Positions 53,631-64,000 of a stretch of 64,000 nucleotides of DNA are shown piece after piece (the first letter of the stretch is position 1; every line of letters starts with the position of its first letter). The translations under genes were made by a program, and so were the position numbers. Below the pieces are notes generated by a model. The model saw only the letters and a program-made list of their open reading frames with translations, did not search any database and had not been told where the DNA came from. Source of the DNA: Octopus sinensis (lineage: Eukaryota); contig NW_021834227.1 of the NCBI RefSeq assembly GCF_006345805.1, positions 1 through 64,000 on the forward strand, in the 5' to 3' direction.

Positions 53631-54810
53631 ATATATATATATACTTCCTCTCCTCTTTTTTCTCTGTGTGTAAGTGTGTAACGTTCATTTACTCATTGCT
53701 TGCTACCAAGCTTTGTATGCGCACTCATCCAGCATGACTTATGTTTACTCTCCTAGTATCCCTCTCTCTGTGTACGATGTAAAACATGACTGGTGATTAT
53801 CAACCGACATTTATATAAACTATTAATATATATAGAAAATATAGAGATATACAGTAAACAGTAACTAGGAACAACACAAATGAATGAACGTCCATCGTTT
53901 TAAACAAACTGCCACGAATTCAGAAATAATAGTTTTTGACTAACATGACAAATTCATTACTCGAATCATTGACTTTTCCACCAATTTGGTGCCGTATTGT
54001 GAATATGCAACATTCACCTAACATGACAAACGAAAGGTCTGTCGCTCCTATTTTGCTCTTTGTACTACCAGAAATATAAGGGAATTATTTTACCTTGATC
54101 AGCGAAATTGACAATTATAATTTGCTTCTTCTGGTTCTAGTTATTCCCGGAGCAGTACCAGAAGATTCAGTGCTTGACAACATTGAGTTCATGCTGTTAC
54201 GAACACCTTTGAAAGCAACGTACTCTTACATGTATGCTAACAAATATAAAACTGGTTAACTTTCAATCCACAAACTTTACAGTTAGCGATAATGATAAGA
54301 GTAAAAATTACTGTGGATAGCCACGAGGAAATCAGAGACAAAATGTCTTTTTTTTTTTTTAGTCTATCCTATGCTATACAACCAATGAGGCTGGCTACAT
54401 CCGCTATTTCTACCCCAGGTTTGCCATCTGTTTTTCATACTAGTTCTTTTGGTTACTTCTCTGATTTTTGTCATGAGTTAAGGTCTTTTCATTGCTTGTC
54501 TACCAACCCCAAGTCTCTCTCTCAGAAATGTCATTCTCGATGTTTGCTTCGCTCCTATATATATATATATATATAATATATATATATATATATTCGTTGC
54601 TATTTCTAACAGATCGAGCAACTACACTTTGTGGTCATTTGCTAAAAGCCTTTATCTCCCCAGTTATTCTGACGTAGATAGATAGATAGATGTAACTTTA
54701 TAATTAATTTGACTACTCTCGATATTGACTCCCTCCATCAGTAATTCTTCCGTTGTTAATCTTAAACTAGCTTTGAAATAATCTCAATTTAATATTGTAC
54801 ACACACACAC

Positions 54811-54879
<69 letters not shown>

Positions 54880-55189
54880 AATGCTTATTAAAAAAATGAT
54901 GGACGCTAAGGAAACAACATGAAATTAAAATCGACATTGATATATGAAAAACTAAAAGTATACACACCATTATATGGTATGATGCTATGAAACTGTGAGA
55001 GATAAAATTTCTTCGTGTCAATAAACAATATATATATATATAGTCAAGTACCAGGATCAATGGAATTGGCTAAACACCTCCTTTGAAAAATTGCTGAACT
55101 TGTGCCTAAATTCGAAACAATTATTTAATGGTGGTTGTTTGGCAGAAGCGATTAAGTGCCACAAAATATACTTTGCAAGATTAGTTCTG

Positions 55190-56330
55190 GTTAGTGCGGT
55201 GAACTGACAGAATCAATTGCATGCAGGGCAAATGCTTAGCGGCGTTTCGACTGTCTTTACGTTCTGAGTTCAAATTCTATCGAGGTCGACTTTGCCTTTT
55301 ATCTGTTCAGGGTCAATAAAATAAGTACCAGTGGTGCACTGGGGTTGATGAAATAAGTACCAGCGGCGCACTGTGGTTGATGTAATCGACTAGCCTCTCC
55401 CTTCTTCCAAAATTTCAGGCCTTGCGCCTATATTAGAAAGGAATATTAGTTCTGAGTTTAAATCCCATCGAGGTCGACTTTGCCTTTCGGAGGTCGATAA
55501 AATAAAATACTGAGGGGCGATGGTATGGACTATCCCTATCCCCCAAAATTTAGACGGTAGATGATAGAAATGTTTAAGTGGCATGTATTTATGGTCTTTT
55601 ATGATCTGAGTTCAATCATAGTTTTACCTTTCATAGATCCGGATGTCAAATACTGGGGTTAATTTAATCGATTACCCCCCTCCTCACAAATTTCAGGTCT
55701 TGCACCTTTGTCAGACACAGCTATTCTTTCCAAATGAAAAGTTCAGTGAGTAGTATTTAGATAGAATCTTTTACGTTCTGAGTTCAAATCCCGCTGAAGC
55801 CAACTTGGACATCAATTCATCGCAAGATTAACTTTCTAACCCAGGGACAGAGGGTAAGACCACCTGGTCTCTTTACATCGCTTCTGGATAACCCCGACTG
55901 CTCCAGAACTGAGGGGATATTAATCCGAGCCAGGAACCGCTTAATGATTAGGTTTAGCTGGGTGTGACGAGCGAAGTGACCAGCATTAAGCGGCAAGACA
56001 GACCGTAAAAACCTGTGGGGTCGAGGGGCCTACCACAGCGGCATCTCAGTCGCCTACAGACATCTGAGTGCGATGGAGATGCTAAGTTCATCTAGACTGA
56101 GTAGACTTCCAATGTTTAAGTTTCGCCCGAGGTCGACTTAACCTTTCATCGTTTCTGAGTAGATGAAATATGTGCAAGTCGAGCTATGCGGACAATGGCA
56201 TCAACTAGCTCCTTCGGCCAAAATTTCAAATCTTGAGTCTATAGCGGAAGGGATTATTGTGGATAATCTTGCAGTTAGTCAACAGAAATGGTAAAATATT
56301 ACGTTCTGAGTTCAAATCCTTCTAGAGCCC
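55190..56330 (+). mobile_element. Cluster of 6-7 same-strand SINE B copies and fragments
   Basis: Repeated TTCTGAGTTCAAAT...GAGGTCGACTTTGCCTTT motifs. Confidence 0.8.
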
Positions 56331-56882
56331 ATTTTTAAAAAACTTTTCCTCTGTTAGTAGTTGATAAAACAGAATATATTATAAATATATATGTGTATGA
56401 GCGTGCGCGCTTGTGTTTGTCTTCTTCTTCCTCACTGGAAACTAGTGTCGGTGTGTTTACGTCCCCGTAACTTAGCGGTTCGGCAAAAAAGACCAATTCA
56501 ATAAGTACCAGGCTCTAAAAAGAAAAGTACTGGGGTTGATTCGTTGGACAAAAATTCTTCAAGCGGTGCCCCAGAATGGCTGCAGTTCAATAACTGAAAC
56601 AAATAAAAGATAAGATATATCCATATATAAATATGGACGTGTATATCTAAAGTATACATTAGGGGTGGGTGGGGAAAAACTCACACGCGCGTACATACGA
56701 ACAAACACATGACCATGTACATACATGCATACAGAAATATGCGCTTTTTTTTTATTCTTTTATTTGTTTCAGTCATTTGATTGCGATCAGGTAGTGGGGA
56801 GGAAAACACACTCATACACACATTCTTATTCTATCAACTTCTAACAGAGGGAAAAGTAAAAAAATATGTGTGCAGGTATATA

Positions 56883-57075
56883 CAATAATCCCTCGACTAT
56901 CGCGGGTGTTACATTCCAAAATACTCTGCGATAGGTGAAAATCCGCGAAGTAGATAAAGTACTGCACTGTATTTTTTAAAATTATTTTTATAATTTGTAT
57001 ATATATATATATTTTATTATAAATGCAAAACACCACGGAGGAATAATAAACTGCGATTATAGCGAGTGATTACTG
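56883..57075. mobile_element. Tigger/pogo-type MITE
   Basis: TA|CAATAATCCCTCG...CGAGTGATTACTG|TA terminal inverted repeats. Confidence 0.85.
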
Positions 57076-57099
57076 TATATATATTCTTTTTATTGGTTT

Positions 57100-57760
57100 C
57101 GAACTTTTGACTGCGGCCATGCTGGAGCACCGCCTTGAAGTGTTTTTGTCGAACAATTCAACCCCCAACACTTATTTTAAAGCCTAGTACTTATTCTGAA
57201 CCGCTAAGTTACGGGGACATAAACACACCAACACTGGTTGGCATGCAATGATGCGAAGACAAAAACACACGGACATAGATGTGTGTGTATAATACGAGCT
57301 TCTTTCAGTTTCCATCTACCAAATCCACACGCAAGGCACTTGCCCAAAGTGCCACACAGTGGGACTGAACTCGGAACCATGTGGTTGAGATGCTAACTTC
57401 TTACCACACAAAGAAACTTGCTTCCAAACCACATGGTTTCGGGTTCAGTCCCACTGCGTGACAGCTGGGTGTCTTCTATAGCCTCGGGCCGACCAAATCC
57501 TTGTAGGTGGATTTAGTAGAAGCTCGTTGAGTAGTATGTGTGTGTATATATATGTGTGTGTGTATGTGTTTGCCCCCCCCCCCATCGCTCAGCAACCGAT
57601 GTTGGTGTGTTTACATCCCTGTAATTTAGCGGTTCGGCAAAAAAGACCGATAGAATAATAGGCTTATTAAGAATAAGTTATGGGGTCGATTTCTTCGACT
57701 AAAATCCCTTTAAGGTGACGCTCCAGCATGGCCGCAGTCAAATGACTGAAACAAAAGAAT
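57100..57760. mobile_element. Two SINE A copies fused head-to-head (minus 57100-57410, plus 57412-57760); another + tail at 56440-56610
   Basis: Junction TTACCACACA|AAGAAACTTGCTTCCAAACCACATGG. Confidence 0.88.
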
Positions 57761-57820
57761 AATAAAAGAATGTATATATTTCATATATAATCGACCTATA
57801 TATATAATACAGGTCAATTA

Positions 57821-57853
<33 letters not shown>

Positions 57854-58201
57854 CCTGTTGCTATTTTAATTTTATATATATATTTATAGGTCAATTGTGT
57901 GTGTATATATATATTATATACATACACACAGACGTTTTACTTAGACACACCTCGCTATAAAACTGTATGTTTGCGTGTGTGTATATATGTAAATTAGCCA
58001 CAAAAAGAAAATCTGATGAAATACAGTTTTCTTTTCCTAGTAGCAGATTGCACGCTTACACATAGACAGAAACAAACAAATAATGATACATACAGATGTG
58101 CACACACATAGATAATGATACACTGACTTGCACACACCGTCGTCATAATCGTCCTGTTTCTATCTCTGTTGAGCGACGAAAGAGCGTGTGACATATGACA
58201 A

Positions 58202-58265
58202 CCAATCAAATTGCAGTATAACTAATTAATATGCAAATGTGAGGGTAAGTCGCTGCTTATATAAA
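58202..58265 (+). promoter_or_regulatory. Candidate pol II core promoter: CCAAT, TAATTAAT plus octamer, TATA
   Basis: CCAAT 58202-58206, ATGCAAAT 58231-58238, TATATAAA 58258-58265, in non-repetitive sequence. Confidence 0.5.
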
Positions 58266-58852
58266 GGCCAGGCTTGGTAGCACGGAGCACAGCCATAATT
58301 TAGAGTGAATGTGAGTGAGAAAGAAAGGCAGAGACTTACTGTTGTCTACTACTAAAGTAGGTTCGGTAGTGCGTGTGTGGTATTTTGATGATAGTTGTTA
58401 GGTAGACACAAAATATATATTCTATTAATCATTTGCATTCGAGTGGGAAAACGGTTTGAATGATTAACCACCACAGTCGCAAGATTTCTTTTCTGTCTGT
58501 TGAATGTTCAAACAATTTATTAATTATTCCATCCATATCTACCAGAATCTCTCATCACCGCCCTTTGTCTCTGCAAATCCAGGTTGAAAGTAAAAGAGAA
58601 ACCCTTCACTTGACTGAAGAAAGAATTGTCAACGAATCAGCTGTGAAGTGTCTTTCCCCCTAATCAGATACTTAATTGGTTGCTGTAATCTCTTTATGTC
58701 TACCTTAAGTTCGTGATTAGAGAACATAAAAAAAAACAAAAAAAACCTCAAACGAAGAACACTCAAACCAAGCCAAAATCCATCTATATTTCACTCACAT
58801 TTATTATTATTTATTTTGTGTTATTTCTGTTGTCATCTAATTTTTGCTTGCG

Positions 58853-59054
58853 ATGAACAAACCCCTCGAGTTACACTCTATGAAGAAAGAACCATTAGTT
58901 CCAGCCAAAATTACCTTGACACTCCAAGACAAACTTGTTCATAAAGCTGGTCAGATCCTTGGTAGTGGTCGATCGAAGAAAGAACGAACACCAGCTATTG
59001 TTTCTTCTGTGATTGAATCTGATTTTGAACGGGACGAGTACGTCTCGCACGCCG
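58853..59054 (+). CDS. Candidate first coding exon of an unidentified host gene (phase-1 intron follows)
   Basis: ATG 58853, 67 open codons of normal composition (MNKPLELHSMKKEPL...SDFERDEYVSHA), then G|GTAAGT donor; downstream of the promoter candidate. No family recognised. Confidence 0.5.
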
Positions 59055-62000
59055 GTAAGTTGTCATACATTATTACATTCCTCTTGCGTTTTAATTATTG
59101 TATAAATAGTGTGTGTGTGTATAGAACCATTAATACCTCCTATTTTATATTTATAATGCTGTCGCTAATAAATAATTATAATTTATATTATATATCCAGG
59201 AATAAGACACGAACTAATCTCTTATTGTCCATCTGTAAAAACCTGTCTCGTGATTATACTGATAACATCTAGACACATACACTTATTCATTTAGAAATAA
59301 TATATTCAGTGTGTTGAATTTTCTTTTTTATTACTTGCACTGTGAACTGAATTCGATTTTATTTTTCAACAAAAGGAAATAGAGCGAGGAAAGATAAAGC
59401 TGCTGTAATGTATTTAATATATATTGCTGTTTTACTGTAGAAATCTGCTCGGCTGTCTAAAAATCGAATGGCCTTTTTATTAGTTCTCTAAATATGAAGC
59501 TGAGCTAGTTCTTCACATATAATTCATTGATGATTATCTTTGATAATTATGATTAATAATTTTATTAGAAGCTATTTTTTTAAATAGAATAATTATATAT
59601 GATAAGCTACACTGAGAGCGTCAGTATTTTTTTTAGATTTATTTCATTCATTTCTCGTTGAACCAGAAGTCTTTTTTCGACAACTAGTTTTAAATAGCAA
59701 TTTATTTAATTTTAGAAAATGTTCATAAACGTATATAGATTAAAATAGATGAGTGTTTAGGTATATATTTAGGGGAAAAAGTGGGAGGGGATCTCGTTAA
59801 ACAGAGTTCATAATATAAATTGTCGGCTTTAGGTTTTTTTTTTTTTTTTTTGTTTTCGTATTTGTGATTTGTCATAAATGTCCTCAAAACCAGGAACGTC
59901 GATTTCTGAATAAATTTCAAGCTCCTGTGCCGACTTAAGATAATCGATCGTAAAGAACTATCTACATCACTTAGAGCATATAACTGGTATCAATTAGGGT
60001 CTTCGTCTCTTCCCCACCAAAATGAATTAGAATCAAAAATGACAACAGTATGACACTACAGTGCATGACACCGGCTTTCTACCGCTGCACCACATAATCA
60101 TATTAATTAAAATATATCAGGATATTTGTACTTTCTCTGTCTCTCTTAAACACCATCTTCCGACTCTTTTACTCTATCTCTTAGTTTTTCTCTCTCTCCT
60201 ATTCTTTTGTTCTTTTAAAATTTTTCTGTATTTTCCCTATTTTCTTAGTCTCATTTCCTTCTGTACACATTCCCCATTTTTCACTAAGAATTTTTTTCTT
60301 CTCTCATTTTAAGATTCTCTCTTCATAAACGATATTTTCTTCCCCTTCCTCTTTTATTTCTTTCTTGCTCTCTATTTTTCTCTTTTGCTCTCTTACTTTG
60401 TCTTTCTCTCACTATATCTTTATCCTCCCTCCTCCCCTGCTTCTTTAGCTGTTTTCCCCGTCTCGCTCTCTTTCTCTTTCTCTCTGTTCAGTTCTGCAAC
60501 CACTTGTCTTTGTTCTAGATTCTATCAGCTGTACCTTGCTGCTTCCTGCCACCGGCTAACACAAGAAATGTGTTAATTTATGCAGACGAAGCCTCTTCTT
60601 TCCAAACCTACATACATTACATAAAAATAACAACAAATTCTACATCTCGTTCTTCAATTACAATTAATATACAATCTATTCTTTTTTGTATGATAGATAC
60701 TTTTTAAACAAATTTTTTTCTAGTTTTTTTAAAATAGATTAAATTTTTCCTAAATAAACCAACCAATTTTTAATGTTAATTTTTCTGAAGCAATAAACCA
60801 AACCTTGTTGCCATCTTCCATTTGACCCTGTCATGATGTCTTGTAAAAATTACATTTTGCTTCGTTTCTTTTTTTCTTCAATTTCTTTTTCAGTATTCGA
60901 AATAGAAATATTGAAGCAAAAAATGTTGGTTAATCATCTAAGAATTATTTATTTAGAAATGCTACGCTTTGGATAAAATTTTCTATGGCTATTCTTTTAA
61001 GACAGTATCGCGTCTACAATATTCATGTCGGTGTTTTTCGTGTTTTACTGTGGTGATGGAGAGAGGATCTATATATCAAATATATCGATCTACTTAATAG
61101 TATTCAATCAACTATCTAACATTTTAATATCGCTTATCATCTTCAGTGTTATTTTTACCATTATTGTTATGGTAGTAGAATTTGGTGCAGGCAGTATCGT
61201 AGATTAGCTGGCTGTTTTTTTTTTGTTATGCAATTATCACCAGCTAAATGTGATTTCGAAACCTGTCGAGATAAGTAAAATTAAACTGTCGGGTGCGTGT
61301 GTGTTGCATTTTATATGTATTGTTATTTATAATTATATAATGTATTGTACATATTCTATGTATGTACAATACATTATTGTATGCGATATATATGTAAATA
61401 TTGTTATATTATTATACATCTATGATGTAACATAATACTATAAATATGCATTTTATATTATATTATGTAAAATATATAAGCAAATCGGTTGTATGTATAG
61501 CAAATTGGGTTTTTCACCTCAATACAAATCACCGTTACTTGCATAGTGGCATCATTATTCTTGAAGCAGACGCCATAACACAGCAATAAGTTCTCGCTAC
61601 ACTGTCTGCAATATCTTGCCATTCTTTACTCAGAACTGTAACATTCATCTTGTTTTGAGAAAAGTTTTGAGAAAAGTATGAAAGTGCAATTTCCAATTTT
61701 TTCATAGCTAATCTTTATTCTTTCGCCCATTTTCGTTTCATTTGACAAACGTATTTTTGACTCCATCATATATGAAAACAAACCTTCAGTTAACTCTTTA
61801 TGTTGCTTTATATTGTCGTGTATGCTTAAGAATATATGAAGTTTTCTTAGCTAATTATTATAAGTACATGTTGCTGCCACGATCCAACGAAGGCATCTAA
61901 CCTCTTATGCGGTGGCTCCATCGGAAAGTAATTGCAGTTAAATGTCCTTCAAATTAAACTTTATATTGTTAAAAGGTGCAGGACCCCGGTACATTACGTC

Positions 62001-64000
62001 TGGCAGAAGATTAAATATTGTATTGATTTGGGTTTCTGGTAGACTTGGCTAAATATGTCCTTACTAGATAATTGCCTGATACTAGCATCTAAAGAGTAGT
62101 GGTTTAAAATGGTTTTCATAACGACTATGCATTCAGTATGCTCGTAAAATAAAATGCTCTTAAACATTTTGTATTTACTATGATTATCACAATATTTTGC
62201 TAATTAGAATGTATTCTTAAGGCCCTCTGCCAATTTTATGTTGAAGAACAGCCGAATGATATTTTCAGAAGCTAGAGATGATGCCAGCCCCGTTTAAAGT
62301 ATATTTGTAGTAAGACAATTGACGTTTTATGTTTTTTGTAAACACTATTAACTCATAACTTGGTATCAGCATAATTTTTATTGTTGGATGCAAGTAAGCG
62401 ACGATGAAATTTTGTGGAATTGTCGTAACTTGCCACGACAAATGATTTGACTTCAAAAATTTGTGTGAACAACGAAACACCAATTTAGAATACTGGAATG
62501 AATACAGCAATCTGTAGACTTAATATATTTTGGGGTTGCTAAAACCAGCAACCCTATCGAGTTTGCTCTTTGGGAGAGTTCGAAAGGGAGAACCTAACGG
62601 CTCTAAAAATAACAGCTATCATCGCCACACTTGCGTTGAAAGAATGTAGATTGCGGCATCATCCCCTCTCTGCAATTGGTCAGACTTTCTCACCATCTCA
62701 ACTCAATTGTACGAGAATCCGGAGGCCTTCAAGACGAGTTGATTGTGGGGATCGAACTCGCGATTTTTTTTCTCTTAGCGAATGCGTGACCCGAGGTTTC
62801 CAACTCTTCTAAAGTCCTGTTGCAACTAACCAAGAGGTGACGGAGACAGACAAGATTAGTACATGTAAGTGTCTTCGGTGCCAACTGTACAGATTGGCGT
62901 TGAAAGCGTGAAGGTCGAATTAATGGCGAATCTGAGAAAAAACGAATTCAGCAGTGATTTTCATGACGGAGTAACTTGATTTAGGGAAAGTACTGTTCCT
63001 TTCCAAGCATGGGAAAAATCGAAAAGGGCTGATCTAAACTAACCCGCCTCCACATCTAGGTAGACACAGTCACATCTTGTTCGGTATCTATCCATTTTCT
63101 GGTACTCTAATAGATGTGATTATCTAGTAGTGTCTATAGTCACTCAAGAAATCAGTTTGCCCTTTCGATCACAAGAGCATGATTGAGCTAAAGAACTGGG
63201 AATTTAATAGATGATGACTCTACCCGTCGGACTGAGTGACTTACAATATATCTACACTTATTTTCCCCCCTCTTTTTTAAAATCAAATATTGGCTGCATT
63301 TTTGAACTAGACACTTGTTTAGGGATTTGGAAATACAGAATTAGTGTCCATGCCTTTTTCTAGAACATTAACAAGAGATATAGAATAAGATGGTTTTACT
63401 TTCGAATTGTGGTTTCTGCTAGTATGAAATGTAATAAACCTCAACATTTAGCGGCTTAAAATGACGTGCAACAGTTGGGATTGTAATTTGGTCAATCTAA
63501 GTTTGCTGCGAGCTTACACCTATCGGTCTGAAACTACGATGGCTTAACTTAAATATATCAGTTTGGTTACGCATTTTGTAAGAATAAAAATGACATCATT
63601 AGCCTGATAAAATGTTCATATTTTCTTTTTAGAGGCGGGGGAGGGGCAAACAATCTCTTGTTTCTTGTTACATTTTCTCTCTTCAGTAACTGTTTCGTTT
63701 TATTTAATAATGCAATAACACTTGTACTGAACTAAATTTGATACGATGGCTGATTACCCTCCTCCCTCCCCCGTTCATTGTACAAACGTCAATCTCCATC
63801 TCCCACCTCAACTGCAGATCTAATTTTATGAAACCGGCAAGTTTGTGGCGGTGGTGGCTGTGTAGCAAGTGAAAAAATCTCTTAATGTCTTCATTTCTTT
63901 TCTTTCTCTCCCCCCCTCTCTCTCTGAAGAATATTGTATGACAAAATGTTTTGTGGAGAGGGAGGGAGAAGAGAACTAAGACGTCATACGTAACAGTTGT

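Noticed and set aside
54094-54200. Possible minus-strand terminal exon (GVRNSMNSMLSSTESSG...KL*)
   Set aside because: Short, no recognisable homology and no partner exons.
62700-62800. tRNA gene from GAGTTCGATCCCC on the minus strand
   Set aside because: No A box or cloverleaf can be built; at most a decayed SINE head.
62778-62864. Possible second exon with a strong acceptor and GTAAGT donor
   Set aside because: Stops in all three frames; could only be non-coding.

Overview
Repeat-saturated animal genomic DNA. The SINE and microsatellite repertoire looks like an Octopus genome (inferred from recalled repeat families, not checked). Bases ~1-58,000 are almost entirely microsatellites and nested transposons. 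These include tRNA-derived SINEs, R4/Dong-, Tx1-, RTE- and HERO-like LINE relics, mariner, hAT, MITEs and non-autonomous Helitrons. Nearly all ORFs in the track are microsatellite artefacts. The only plausible host-gene signal is a CCAAT-octamer-TATA promoter (58202-58265) and a candidate first coding exon (58853-59054) in a repeat-poor last 6 kb. The main finding is a non-coding ~865-nt partial-tandem repeat family (5695-6673 minus, 7385-8103 plus). Both copies carry all hammerhead-ribozyme core nucleotides in a strand order (GUH, then GAAA, then CUGANGA) that is none of the circular permutations type I/II/III, and one stem-I pair covaries between them. The window also holds several minimal type I hammerhead relics, one inverted pair with a U3-A8 compensatory core, and retrotransposons apparently partitioned by microsatellite target ((TATC)n versus (TAA)n). 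All ribozyme calls are hand-folded and untested.
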